DNA of 62,398 nt, counting the filler, from Bradymonadales bacterium (GTDB lineage: Bacteria; Bdellovibrionota; UBA2394), in NCBI GenBank assembly GCA_007693605.1. It is 5 parts of 5 records of this genome, joined end to end, with 100 filler letters (N's around TTAATTAATTAA, not from the genome) between each part and the next. Parts side by side here need not be neighbours in the genome. Positions count along the whole stretch, not along the records: positions 1 to 24,202 come from REDG01000070.1; 4 more parts are not named here. One strand, given 5' to 3'. This document shows, piece after piece, positions 10,241 through 20,421 of the stretch. Numbering within the stretch: position 1 is the stretch's first letter; the number at the start of each line of letters is the position of its first letter. Under the pieces are notes generated by a model, which saw nothing but the letters and a program-made list of their open reading frames with translations, ran no database searches and was not told the DNA's origin. The position numbers and the translations under genes were made by a program.

Positions 10241-10546
10241 AATGCGGTGATTTTCAATGCCACTGGAATTGGGGCTCGCGACTTGCTGAACGATCGGGAA
10301 GTTTATCCCACCCGAGGGGATCTTGTTTATGTTCGAGCTCATGCCGGATTTGAAGTGCCCTTTGAAATCATGCAACATATGGCGTTTTATGGAGAGGCAG
10401 GCACTCACTACGCCTTCCCACGCCACGGAGAACTTGTCTTGGGGGGAAGTTTTGTTGAAGGAGATTCATCTCTAGAGATCAGGAGGGATGCCTGTGAAGA
10501 AATCCTCGCTTCTTTCAATCGGTTTTACGGTCTGAAAGCGAAGTAA
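10241..10546 (+). pseudogene. C-terminal remnant of an FAD-dependent D-amino-acid-oxidase-like enzyme
   Basis: VIFNATGIGARDL..D..VYPTRG and YAFPR..ELVLGGSF motifs; no N-terminal FAD-binding part. Confidence 0.7.
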
Positions 10547-10686
10547 ATTCCTGGTGACAAGTTAGAGAATGGACTGGCTCAAGCACTCTCCGTCTCATCT
10601 AGGCTCCATGTATGGAAGCTTAAAGAAGGACCAGCAACGAAAGGGCTGCTTTCTCCTGTATTCAATTAAGACTAAAAGGTTTCGCT

Positions 10687-11358
10687 TCAAGAAGCCAAAC
10701 GGTCTATCGTCCATCTTGAGCTTGGGTAGACCAAAGCCCTTGACGGATTTAGCTGATCAAACAGAACTGTAACCATTTGACCCGGCTGAAACTGATCCTT
10801 TGGCCCTGAACAGGATAGGCGGTAAAACACATTATCGACCTGATAGATCACACTAAAGTTGTCACAGTACCCCCTCTTGGCGCGAACGGTCTTCACATCT
10901 CCGACAAGCCCCTTAACCGAGCTAGCGCTCTCAAGCATTTCTCTTTCTCTGTTTACTAAAGTCCACAAGTAAAGGGCCAAACCAATCGAAACTAACAGCT
11001 GAACTCCAAGCGCTAGGAGTAAAATCTGCTTATTTTCGATTTCTACAAAAGGCAAAATCGAAAACATGGCAAGAGCACTAAAAACTAGAAGTATTGGAAT
11101 GAAAACGCCTCTCATCCGGCTGTGAATCGTCGGATGGACACTGCGTGGAGTCTGCTCAAGCTCTGAAGGCATATGCCAGGTAGACTTTTGAAAAGAGCTG
11201 AGGTCCACATCTTGAACCTCCTTAGCTTTTCCCAATTCAATCAGCTGATCCATCCCTTTGATTGTAGCCTCCAGCTGCTGACCCCTCAAGACCGAAACGA
11301 ATTCAAATGAACTACGCCTCGTTATGACGCCTGGCAAGATGGAGTTCGACCTCACCAC
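10687..11358 (-). CDS. Hypothetical 2-TM membrane protein with C-terminal beta domain (DUF3592-like)
   Basis: Two TM helices, then PGQMVTVLFDQLNPSRA. Confidence 0.55.
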   Translation of the reverse strand: MVRSNSILPGVITRRSSFEFVSVLRGQQLEATIKGMDQLIELGKAKEVQDVDLSSFQKSTWHMPSELEQTPRSVHPTIHSRMRGVFIPILLVFSALAMFSILPFVEIENKQILLLALGVQLLVSIGLALYLWTLVNREREMLESASSVKGLVGDVKTVRAKRGYCDNFSVIYQVDNVFYRLSCSGPKDQFQPGQMVTVLFDQLNPSRALVYPSSRWTIDRLAS

Positions 11359-11421
11359 ATCATAAAGAGCCTTGTTCCAATTTACTAAAGCCCCTATATC
11401 GAGGAAGTTTTAGACAGGGCC

Positions 11422-11955
11422 ATGAACAAAGAACTCACAGCAACAGAGCTCATCACCCACCTGGAACTTGAGCCCCTTCCTCACGAAGGAGGCTACTTTA
11501 GACAAACATTCAAATCGAGCCTAATGCTCGAGGTCCAGAGTCGTGAAGGCGATCCCCCATCGAGCCGATCGGCCTCAACGCTGATATTTTATCTGGTTAC
11601 CCCAGAGAGCTTCTCGACCCTGCACCGAATTCGTCACGACGAAGTGTTTCACTTCTACCTGGGCGACCCAGTTGAAAGCCTGTCATTTAGTTCCGAACTC
11701 GACTGCGATCGTGTTCGAATGGGCTCCGATCTGATCAAGGGCGATGCACTGCAGAGGCCAATTCAGAGGGGGAGATGGCAGGGACTCAAACTCTGCCCTG
11801 GCGGGCAATGGGCACTCCTTGGCTGCAGCGTCGCCCCCGGCTTTGAGTTTGAGGACTTTGAAGCTGGGCGTCGAAGTCAGCTTCTCAAGGACTACCCTCG
11901 ACTTAAGGATGCCATCTTGGAGTTCACGCTGGGAGATGCTTCCGGCTCTAGTTGA
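11422..11955 (+). CDS. Cupin domain protein (DUF985 type)
   Basis: EGGYFRQT, FSTLHRI..DEVFHFY.GDP, GCSVAPGFEFEDF. Confidence 0.9.
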   Translation: MNKELTATELITHLELEPLPHEGGYFRQTFKSSLMLEVQSREGDPPSSRSASTLIFYLVTPESFSTLHRIRHDEVFHFYLGDPVESLSFSSELDCDRVRMGSDLIKGDALQRPIQRGRWQGLKLCPGGQWALLGCSVAPGFEFEDFEAGRRSQLLKDYPRLKDAILEFTLGDASGSS

Positions 11956-12311
11956 GCCCGATTGAGGGTGGATTCTTGAGAGTTAAGGAACCGAGTTTGA
12001 CAGCTCTTATGAACAGCCTGAACACTTGGCAGAGGACTAAAATCTGTTGACTCGAATTGAGGATTTAGGATCTAAAAAGCCATAATCTCGTGGAATCTCC
12101 GACTCAGATCGTTTTCTTGTGATTGAATTAGGCGGTAAATTCTTCCTTTATGACACCCTGACCCAAAAACTACACAGAAACGACGAGAGATTTATGGTTT
12201 CATCGCTTCGATAGTGCCCCGGGGCAGCCTTTGGGGTGCGAGCGCCCTTGTAAAGCCCGAGCAAGCTTGCATATGCCATTCCCCATCTGCATAAAATAGG
12301 CCAGCGCGAAA

Positions 12312-13433
12312 CTACAATGCTCGAAAAGTTTCAACAACATGCTCTTCAAATAGATTCAGCGCCTCCGAGAAATTCTTCCGACCAAAACCCAGTCTAAAAT
12401 GCCGTTTGTCGAAATCAAAGTATTTACCCGGAAGAAGCATGACACTCTTCTTTGCCACTAAATCTTCAGCAAACTTTTCTGCGTCGGCATCCTTGAATCT
12501 GGGAAAGGCAATCACCCCCGCCTTTGGCTCCACCCACTCAATCTGAGATTGCAGTCGCCCTAAAGTCTCTCGAAGTAAAGCTAGATTATGTATCGCAATA
12601 TCTCTGTTTCTCTGGAGCACCGGCTTCGCGTGTCGAAGAGCCAGCATTGCGAGAAACTCACTAGGCGCAGAACTGCAAATGGATGTGTAGTCCTTGAACG
12701 CGGCGAGCCTTTCCAAAACTTTTTTCATTCTTGTTGCAACCCAGCCAATTCGAAGACCAGCCAGCCCGTAACTCTTTGACATGACTCCCAAACTCACCCC
12801 TAACTCATAAGCGTCGGCCGCAGCGGGCAATTGGTCACCAGGATCATATTCGGATAGCCGATACACCTCATCAGAGAACAGCATCACACCCCGCTTTCTT
12901 AGAATCTGTATCAGTGAGGAAAAGTCATCTTTCGACAGGAGATGCCCGGTAGGATTATTCGGAGAATTAATGACAACCAGTTTTGTTTTTGGTTTCAAAC
13001 TAGACTCTAGAAACTCAAGGTCTGGCCTCCACTGCTCCTCGTGTCTCGTCCCCCAAAACGTAAGCTCGCAGCCAATTGAATTCGCCACCTCAGCGAGCGA
13101 CTGATAACACGGAGACTGTACGATCACATGATCGCCCGCCTCTAGTACGACATTCATAAAATTAAAAATCGCTTCTTGGGCTCCAGCGTGCACCAAAACA
13201 TTCTCTGCAGGCATGGCTTCATAGGTTTTTGAAATTTCGCGACGAAGTGCCGGATGCCCAAAAGATTCTGTGTACCCAAGCCATAAGTCTTTAAGACCTC
13301 TTTCTGCCTCGGGTTCGAAAGCAAGAAGATCCGAAACTGAAAGCGATTCACTATCCGAGCTTGAAAGCAGATAACGCGCCGTAAACTCATACTTCGCGAA
13401 ATATCGCTCTAACTGAAAATCTCTAATCTTCAA
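12312..13433 (-). CDS. Class I/II PLP-dependent aminotransferase
   Basis: NSPNNPTG, SDEVY, MSKSYGLAGLRIGW (PLP lysine). Confidence 0.93.
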   Translation of the reverse strand: MKIRDFQLERYFAKYEFTARYLLSSSDSESLSVSDLLAFEPEAERGLKDLWLGYTESFGHPALRREISKTYEAMPAENVLVHAGAQEAIFNFMNVVLEAGDHVIVQSPCYQSLAEVANSIGCELTFWGTRHEEQWRPDLEFLESSLKPKTKLVVINSPNNPTGHLLSKDDFSSLIQILRKRGVMLFSDEVYRLSEYDPGDQLPAAADAYELGVSLGVMSKSYGLAGLRIGWVATRMKKVLERLAAFKDYTSICSSAPSEFLAMLALRHAKPVLQRNRDIAIHNLALLRETLGRLQSQIEWVEPKAGVIAFPRFKDADAEKFAEDLVAKKSVMLLPGKYFDFDKRHFRLGFGRKNFSEALNLFEEHVVETFRAL

Positions 13434-13462
13434 TGGCTCGCCCCCCGTCGATAGATACTAAG

Positions 13463-13840
13463 CTATTCACTGACAATCACTTTAAATCCGCCATAGGCCA
13501 TGCGCTTCGGATTGAAGGGCATATCTTTGGCGCCACACATCTCTGCAATTCTTGGGTCTTTCATGACCTTTGCATTCACCTTGTCCCGCTGCCCTTTAGA
13601 CCGATAGCCGATCCATGAAAAAACAACAGTTTCGCCGCGCTTCGACTTTACAAGTTTTGGGAAAGGCAGACCAAAATCGAACTTCAGATCATCTCCCACG
13701 CACTCAAAGTATTCAAGAGCGCCGAATTCCTTCCAAATCTTGCCAGCCTTCTGCGCCATTCGCCGATAGCGGGCGAGATTCTTTTTGGGGACGGCAATGA
13801 CAAATCCATCCACATAACCAACTTTGGACTTTCTTTTCAT
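13463..13840 (-). CDS. DUF1428-family protein
   Basis: YVDGFVIAVP, ETVVFSWI, MPF.PKRMAYGGF; ATG at 13840 after GAGGAG. Confidence 0.9.
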   Translation of the reverse strand: MKRKSKVGYVDGFVIAVPKKNLARYRRMAQKAGKIWKEFGALEYFECVGDDLKFDFGLPFPKLVKSKRGETVVFSWIGYRSKGQRDKVNAKVMKDPRIAEMCGAKDMPFNPKRMAYGGFKVIVSE

Positions 13841-14065
13841 CCACTTCTCCTCTATCAGCATATTCGCGACACAGGCTCGCCCACTTCGTAGAAATATTCA
13901 ATCGATCTTTCAGTTTCTCTTCAGTGGCGGGCGTCCGAAAATCCAAGCTTCGCCAAAGCTTTCCAGACCCCAAGACGGGAAGTCGTGCCTCATGGTGAGA
14001 CATTGATGGCCCCACTAAGGCCTAATCTTTCTCGTGGGCAATCCCCCGCAGCCCGGCACATGCCA

Positions 14066-14081
14066 TGGCACACTTCTTGCT
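14066..14081 (+). promoter_or_regulatory. Sigma54 (-24/-12) promoter
   Basis: TGGCAC-ACTTC-TTGCT, a perfect consensus; overlaps the ORF-track start, so the real start is probably 14095. Confidence 0.75.
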
Positions 14082-14094
14082 GCTTAAACAATCT

Positions 14095-15234
14095 ATGTAT
14101 CGGTTTCTAGCAGCTATTCTTAGTCTCCTAACCGGTTCTCCTGCATTGGCAGACGACGCAAAGTGCGACAACTCACAGGGTATGGTGGGATTCATCAATT
14201 CCGCACACAGTCAAGTAAAGGGAGAACTTCCCCCCAATATAGATCGAAATTTCTTCTCATTGACAGACAATGAAAGAGTTAAGCGCATCGAAATTGGTGA
14301 CTGGGCCCACAGGGACTACTGGCCTGAAGCGCTCGGAGGCTTGGGTCGTAGACCAAAGGCCCAAAAGCTCTACGAAAATGAACTCCGCCGGCATTTGTTT
14401 CGAGGTCGGGAGATTAGAGCGGCCCTCATGAACAAGGCCTGTCGGGAGGCCTATCAGGATCCCGAGTTCTGCGATGAAATGAGAATTGATGAGCTCTCGC
14501 CTGTGGAAAAGCTCATCATCATTGCAAAGAGAAAGGGAATCCAACTCCCTGAAGATGTGGCGGAATCAGATGCCGATTCCTTTTGTGGCGGTGAGGACGA
14601 GCACTGGGAAGGCTCCTGCGGATTCAATGATCTCTTGGCGCTCAGCGTTCCCAAACCTCAACCTGGCCGGGAGGTCTCGGGCGTCCCTCTTTCAGAGGAT
14701 GACCAGGTTGCCATATGGCACCTCCTCCTGAGTGAGACCATTCCCTACAATGACAGACAACTCGTCTTCGGCGAGACCGAGCATCCCGATGTCACAGGTG
14801 CTGACTTTCTCATTCTTCTGGGTAACATGTATCAGCAAACAGATTCGAGCTTCCTTCGTGTTAATACTCACACTGGAAGAAATACCGAGATTTGGAACTC
14901 GGCGATAAAAAGTTATCAAATTCTCAATCGATCACGAATATCGAGACGGGATTATATTCACCAAACTCCATCAGGATTTACACCGGACGAGTCTTCTCAA
15001 TTTTGGACAGTAACAGTTCAGCTAGAACTGTCCAAAGGTCCGCCTATTTTGACGAGAGTCATTGTTGCTCTCGACAGTGATGGAAACATCCTAGCAGGGG
15101 ACTTTATTCTTCCTTTGAAGTTCGATCGCAGAATTGTGGCACATGAAGGACGTATCGATTTTGAAAAGGTCTTGGCGTTTTCTGACATGCCAGAACTTCT
15201 TGAATCCCTACTAGAAGAGTTTTCTCTTCGTTAA
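14095..15234 (+). CDS. Secreted transglutaminase-elicitor-like protein (divergent)
   Basis: Signal peptide ending ALA; YWP...LSPVEK...WEGSC...IWN motif order resembles the TGase-elicitor family. Confidence 0.55.
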   Translation: MYRFLAAILSLLTGSPALADDAKCDNSQGMVGFINSAHSQVKGELPPNIDRNFFSLTDNERVKRIEIGDWAHRDYWPEALGGLGRRPKAQKLYENELRRHLFRGREIRAALMNKACREAYQDPEFCDEMRIDELSPVEKLIIIAKRKGIQLPEDVAESDADSFCGGEDEHWEGSCGFNDLLALSVPKPQPGREVSGVPLSEDDQVAIWHLLLSETIPYNDRQLVFGETEHPDVTGADFLILLGNMYQQTDSSFLRVNTHTGRNTEIWNSAIKSYQILNRSRISRRDYIHQTPSGFTPDESSQFWTVTVQLELSKGPPILTRVIVALDSDGNILAGDFILPLKFDRRIVAHEGRIDFEKVLAFSDMPELLESLLEEFSLR

Positions 15235-15380
15235 GTGGGGGGCTGTCTCTGTGGAAGCCCGAAGCATCAACACTCTAGTAGACTGTTGACAGAGAATATT
15301 CGAACCAATTCGACGACGGCAAGGGCGAGTTCGCCTTCAATCTGCACACAACCTAAAGAATTGGCATCAGCTTTTGACGG

Positions 15381-15725
15381 GTGGTCTCACTTCCCATTCA
15401 GAGCCAGGCGGATATTTTAGGCGCTCTCTCGAGGCTAAACAGTGTGCCCGCATGCGTCCAGTGCATAGACCACTTCTTCCACCCTCCGACGCTGAATCGA
15501 AGAATTGGCATTGATATATCGCTCGACTTTGTTTTCCTTCGAGCATACACATTGAGATTGAATATGCATTCCTTCTATCACCTTTATGTAGTAGTTGGTG
15601 ACAAGAAGAATGCGGACTCCCTTGAGACTCGCAGGGGCACCGCAGGCCTCCCCGATGTTTGCGCTCCTGCTAAATTGAAAGTTTTCGACCTGCGAGGATC
15701 GTGTGAGCGAGTCAATTCGGTTTAG
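15381..15725 (+). CDS. Hypothetical protein overlapping the kinase start
   Basis: 114-aa ORF filling the gap and overlapping the kinase by 23 bp; a competing minus-strand ORF exists. Confidence 0.3.
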   Translation: MVSLPIQSQADILGALSRLNSVPACVQCIDHFFHPPTLNRRIGIDISLDFVFLRAYTLRLNMHSFYHLYVVVGDKKNADSLETRRGTAGLPDVCAPAKLKVFDLRGSCERVNSV

Positions 15726-17070
15726 CTCGATTGCTCGCGAAGCCTCTCGCAAGCTCAGCCTTCGGTTTTCAATCCTTGGCTTCCTTTTAGTGACGCTTGT
15801 CGCAGTTACATTCCTCGTAAAGACAAATTCTCAGCAAGCCCATGTTCTGATCACGAGCTTAGAGAAAAACTTTGCTCATGATATTGTGGTGGGAGATCAT
15901 TTTCAGATTACTCGAAGATTGGATTCCTTGTTAGCGAGCAATGTTATCGTCGCCGCTTGGATTCACTCCCAAAAGCCCTCAGTACTTGTAGCGTCGCAAC
16001 CCGCTGATTTTGAATACAGAGCGGATTTGCATGGCTGGCACTTTCCAAGCCTGTTGCAACCCGTCTACTTCGATTCGGCTCCACTTCTCTCGACCTTTGG
16101 TGAGGAGGTGGGCCGAATCACCTTTGGTATAGGATTTCCAGCGAATGTATTAGTCTTCGTGTTTATCGGCCTGATCTTCTTTTTCCTTGTGGTTTCAGCC
16201 TCACTGAGAAGAGGCTTCACTTTGTTGGCCGACAGACTGACTCAGCCCCTCGAGAGCTTCGCACGCCAGGTAGAAGGGGCCGATGCTCAGTCTGGCCTTC
16301 AGAGTTTGAAAGCCACCCATACTCCCATCTTAGAGCTTGAAATGTTTAGACAGAAACTTTTTGATTTTTGGAGTCGAATTGAGGCTTATCAAGAGGGGGA
16401 AAGAAGGCTTCAAGAAGAGCGGGTGATCATTTCGGTTGCGAAACAGGTTTCTCACGATATTCGCTCTCCCGTTTCTGCGTTGCGCTTTTTGGAGGCAAGT
16501 TCTAAGAGTTTAGAATCTGAAGAGCGAGAGATTATTCGATCGGCTATAGGAAGAATAAAGTCGATTGCGGACGATTTTCTGAAAAGATCAAAAGGGCTTG
16601 CTCTAGAAAGAGTAGACTTGCCAGCATTTGCACAAAGAATAGATACCTTGATTGTCGAGAAGAAACTAGAGAATGCAAACCTCAGCTGGAATGTTCAGTT
16701 TGAGAGACAGGCTGAACTTTTGCCTAGAAGTGTTTCGATCCAGACAACAGTTTGGGATAGGATCTTATCCAATCTTCTCAACAACTGTATCGAAGCTCGT
16801 AAAGTAGACGAGGAGCTAAGTGTTCGTATTCTCTTATCAACTAGCGATCACGGGCTTTGTATTGTATTGGAAGACAACGCCAAAGGAATCCCCCCCAATA
16901 GGATGGAGGCTTTCTCGGGCGGCGAATTCAAGAGTTACGGCAAGAAATTTGGCCATGGCCTTGGGCTCACCCATGCTAGGGAACATATCCGGGCCTGGAA
17001 TGGCAGCATGAAGATCTCCTCTGAAGAAGGACATGGAACAAAAATAGAAATCTTTCTTCCATTTATCTAG
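15703..17070 (+). CDS. Membrane sensor histidine kinase
   Basis: 2 TM helices, QVSHDIRSP H-box, SNLLNNC N-box, EDNAKGI, GHGLGL, GTK. Confidence 0.93.
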   Translation: MSESIRFSSIAREASRKLSLRFSILGFLLVTLVAVTFLVKTNSQQAHVLITSLEKNFAHDIVVGDHFQITRRLDSLLASNVIVAAWIHSQKPSVLVASQPADFEYRADLHGWHFPSLLQPVYFDSAPLLSTFGEEVGRITFGIGFPANVLVFVFIGLIFFFLVVSASLRRGFTLLADRLTQPLESFARQVEGADAQSGLQSLKATHTPILELEMFRQKLFDFWSRIEAYQEGERRLQEERVIISVAKQVSHDIRSPVSALRFLEASSKSLESEEREIIRSAIGRIKSIADDFLKRSKGLALERVDLPAFAQRIDTLIVEKKLENANLSWNVQFERQAELLPRSVSIQTTVWDRILSNLLNNCIEARKVDEELSVRILLSTSDHGLCIVLEDNAKGIPPNRMEAFSGGEFKSYGKKFGHGLGLTHAREHIRAWNGSMKISSEEGHGTKIEIFLPFI

Positions 17071-18571
17071 CGGAATTGATTTGGATTCGATGAAAGAGTA
17101 TGGATTGCTCCTGAAGAGGGTCTGAAATCTGGCGAACGACCCTGGTGCATCGAGGATATGCAACCTGTTCTTCGAACAATGGAATCACACGGTGAACTCC
17201 ATTAAAATGCTCCGCCAATCTACGGACCGCCTGCTCGCGCCGCTCAGGGTCTGCTTCACTCCGAGCTCTCTCCAATAGGCGAAGGTATTCTGCGTCTTCC
17301 AACCCTGAATTTGCTACATATGGACCTCCGTCCTTGAATATCTCGAAGATTACCAAGGCATCCGCCACATTTGGCATCCAGCCAATCAGCCAAAAAGGAG
17401 ATCTCTCATCCGCTGGATCAAACAATCTCATGTTGGCCTGTCGAAATCGAAGCTCCACCCCAGATGCTTCAAACTGACCCTGGAGCTCAACCATCCACGG
17501 ATGTGGATCTTTAACATAAATTGGAATATCTAAACTCTTGATACCGAGCTTTTCAAAGATTTGCTTGGCACGAGCCCCATCCATTCTCTCCTCTGGAGCT
17601 AGATCTCGCGCTACTAACCGCTCAGGAATGAGCCATGTGCTCGGCCGAGAATGAGAGGATCTCTCTGCCAAGGCTGCTCGGTTCAAGACCAAAGAGACCG
17701 CCTCTCTAAAGTCCTGGCTCGAACCCAGAGAAGATCGAAAATTAAAGGCAATCGCATAAATTCTGGCCGGAACATTTAAGACTTCTAGGCTAAGATCTTC
17801 ACCATGAGAAAGATCATTTGAACCAAGCACAAGTTCAGCATCGGTCGTGCTCAGGTCAGATGTAAGATGGATCCTTTTCGGCCGATCTGGATGAGCCGAA
17901 GGAAAGGAGCCAGTCGAAGCCAATATCAGGTTCCTTTCGTCAAGCTTAACAACTCGATAGGGGCCTGCGCCGACAGGATAGCTCTTCCAACGGAGTCCGT
18001 CTTCCAACAAATGCTCTCTCGGCACCAAAGACAATCCGCTCATTGACAAACGGCCTACGAAAAAGGGATTCGGATTCTTAAGGACAACTTCCACTTCCAA
18101 TTCATTGAGAATGCGAACCTCTTCAATGTCCTCAATGTTGGCTCGCTCAGGCGTTTCTTCAGAGGAATTCAGGTGTCGCATCAAACTGAACCTCAGATCT
18201 TCCGCCTCAACGGGTCGCCCGTCATGAAACACAAGATTCGATTGAAGCTTCAGACTAAATCTCTTTGATGACTCATTTCGCGACCAAGACTGCAACAATG
18301 CCGGCACAACCTTCCCCTCTGCAGTCATATTGACTAAATGGCCCAACACCGCGTTGTATACCGTGACTCGGGGGTAAGCCCGTGGATTCCACGGACCTTC
18401 CGTCGGAAAAAACTCACCGCCCTGAAGGTCCACGAAAACCTTCAGATTGCCGCCATCGGTAGCTGAAGCCTGTATCATGGAGCTACTCAAGCTACAAAAA
18501 GAAAGCGCGCAAAGCAAAAGAAAGAGGGGGGACCTCATACCAAAACTCTGAAAGCGAAACCAATCTATCAT
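17063..18571 (-). CDS. Family 5 (peptide/nickel) substrate-binding protein
   Basis: LVFHDGRPVEAEDLRFS, PVGAGPY, VIPLF; signal peptide (real start possibly 18538). Confidence 0.9.
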   Translation of the reverse strand: MIDWFRFQSFGMRSPLFLLLCALSFCSLSSSMIQASATDGGNLKVFVDLQGGEFFPTEGPWNPRAYPRVTVYNAVLGHLVNMTAEGKVVPALLQSWSRNESSKRFSLKLQSNLVFHDGRPVEAEDLRFSLMRHLNSSEETPERANIEDIEEVRILNELEVEVVLKNPNPFFVGRLSMSGLSLVPREHLLEDGLRWKSYPVGAGPYRVVKLDERNLILASTGSFPSAHPDRPKRIHLTSDLSTTDAELVLGSNDLSHGEDLSLEVLNVPARIYAIAFNFRSSLGSSQDFREAVSLVLNRAALAERSSHSRPSTWLIPERLVARDLAPEERMDGARAKQIFEKLGIKSLDIPIYVKDPHPWMVELQGQFEASGVELRFRQANMRLFDPADERSPFWLIGWMPNVADALVIFEIFKDGGPYVANSGLEDAEYLRLLERARSEADPERREQAVRRLAEHFNGVHRVIPLFEEQVAYPRCTRVVRQISDPLQEQSILFHRIQINSAR

Positions 18572-18719
18572 TTAGGGGATCCTTATGGCTCGATTTGACC
18601 AAAAACTCAAGTCCTCCCCGAAATTTTTGGAGTCTGAAATGCCCAGAAAGTTTGCATTCGGCGTCAAGGCGTGGTATTTCCAGGCTTCAGTCAATCTAAA
18701 AGTGTTTGGAGAAGAGGCC

Positions 18720-18881
18720 ATGGAAAGAGAAATCATTGCTCAAGTTACTGAAAGTGCTGCTAAGTTTGCCGATAAAGCCGTTCAGAGTCTCAACAGCGAG
18801 ATTTTTACGAAGCTCTTGGAAACCGTTACAAGCGAGATAAGCCAGGAGCTTATCAAGTACGCCAGCAGCTCACAGGTCTGA
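18720..18881 (+). CDS. 53-aa putative RiPP/signal precursor peptide
   Basis: ATG at 18720 with GGAGAAGAGG RBS; MEREIIAQVTESAAKFADKAVQSLNSEIFTKLLETVTSEISQELIKYASSSQV; first gene of the SBP-HExxH operon. Confidence 0.65.
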   Translation: MEREIIAQVTESAAKFADKAVQSLNSEIFTKLLETVTSEISQELIKYASSSQV

Positions 18882-18897
18882 ATTCTACTCCGAAGTC

Positions 18898-20421
18898 ATG
18901 CAGACGAGAATTAGCGTGGTTTTTGCCTTTCTGTCTGCTGCTCTTGTTTTCAATCCCGCGAGTGCTGAGAGCTTGAGAGTCTGGCTGGATGGTAAGGGGA
19001 AGAAGGCTTACGACCCCGAAGCTTCAATCTACGCAGCTGCCCCATTCATGTCGGCCGTGTTTGGGCACCTCTTACATACAGACTCCTCTTACAACCTGAA
19101 ACCCGGCTTACTTAAGTCCTGGCGATGGGACTTTAAAGAAAAAGTTTATATTCTTGAACTGAGAGAAGGGCTTTTCTTTCACTCTGGAAGACCAGTCACA
19201 GCCAAGGATTTGGAATTTTCGATTCTTCGAGGCTTCTTCTCCTCCAGGGCCAGTTTCTACAGGCAAATCCTAAGCAATCTTGAAGGAACAGATAAGATTG
19301 AAGTTGGGCAAAGCTTCAAACCGGGCGCCGTCTCTGGCGTGACAGTCCTGGATGAGCGGCGCCTAAAGATAAAACTGCAGAGACCAAATCCGTCTTTTCT
19401 TCACAGTCTATCGTATAGCTACTTGTCCATCGTGCCTCAAGAAGCTCTTCGAGACGACTATTTCACTTGGAAGGACCTTCCCGTTGGCGCGGGACCCTAC
19501 AAAGTGGTCAATAGCGATTCTCAATCGAGTCGTATTCGTCTCGAGGCAGTCTATGGCAGTGGGCCGAAGGTTGTTGAAGTTTTCACAGAAAACGACCGAA
19601 CGGGTGCCGATTTATTGCTCTGGGTGAACAGCTCACCTGAAATGAACAAAATGAAGCGAGTGATTGGACCGCAAAGCAATTCCGCTACCATGCTTTTTTT
19701 TAACTATGAACACCCGTTGGGAAACGATATTCGGTTTCGAAAGGCCCTGTCGGCAGGCCTTCGTCGCCAGGCCCTTGTAACTGGTCAGAAGGCTTTCAAG
19801 CCAACATACGAATTGCTTCCCTCTCATTTTTGGGGAAGAGCGGGCATTGCTGACCCCTATGATCAAGCAGAGGCTAAGAAGTTACTCGCGGAAGTTCGAA
19901 AAGCACACCCTGAGCTCCTCAACGCACCAATTCGAGTCTCTGTAAGAACTTCTGACTTTTTTGAAGACTCCATCAAACTGCTTAAGGAGCAGTTTGACAG
20001 CCTTGGACTCCAAGTTGATATTTTCTTTGACACCGAAAAGCATGTGGCACGCAGCGAAACTGGGATATGCTTATTTGTCTATTCGCTCGCTTTTTTTGAT
20101 TTAGACCCGCTCTTGAAGTTTTGGAACTTTGTTCGCTATCCAAACAATCCTCTTTACAATGCAGCACCCCCGAAGGACGAAAGGCTTTTGTCTCTTCTGG
20201 AGGAGGCTGGCTCGGCGGAGTCCTTCGATGTTCGAGTCGAAACGATAAAATCGCTTTCTCAATATGTCATTGACCAGTCCTTTGTTGTTCCTCTCTATGA
20301 GCGACTAGCCAGCGTCATTTATAACCCTAGTGTGATCTCGGATCTCGGGCATCAAGACGGGTTCATCTGGTTTTACCTTAACCACTTGAAACTGCAGAAA
20401 AAGCCTAGAAATGAAAATTGA
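18898..20421 (+). CDS. Family 5 (peptide/nickel) substrate-binding protein
   Basis: Signal peptide ending ASA; LFFHSGRPVTAKDLEFS, PVGAGPY, VVPLY; paralog of 17063-18571. Confidence 0.9.
   Translation: MQTRISVVFAFLSAALVFNPASAESLRVWLDGKGKKAYDPEASIYAAAPFMSAVFGHLLHTDSSYNLKPGLLKSWRWDFKEKVYILELREGLFFHSGRPVTAKDLEFSILRGFFSSRASFYRQILSNLEGTDKIEVGQSFKPGAVSGVTVLDERRLKIKLQRPNPSFLHSLSYSYLSIVPQEALRDDYFTWKDLPVGAGPYKVVNSDSQSSRIRLEAVYGSGPKVVEVFTENDRTGADLLLWVNSSPEMNKMKRVIGPQSNSATMLFFNYEHPLGNDIRFRKALSAGLRRQALVTGQKAFKPTYELLPSHFWGRAGIADPYDQAEAKKLLAEVRKAHPELLNAPIRVSVRTSDFFEDSIKLLKEQFDSLGLQVDIFFDTEKHVARSETGICLFVYSLAFFDLDPLLKFWNFVRYPNNPLYNAAPPKDERLLSLLEEAGSAESFDVRVETIKSLSQYVIDQSFVVPLYERLASVIYNPSVISDLGHQDGFIWFYLNHLKLQKKPRNEN

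Noticed and set aside
12261..12280. TGGCAT...TTGC resembling a sigma54 site
   Set aside because: GG-to-GC spacing is not 10 nt
18585..18719. N-terminal 45 codons of the 98-aa ORF
   Set aside because: Occupies the divergent promoter region; the RBS supports the ATG at 18720
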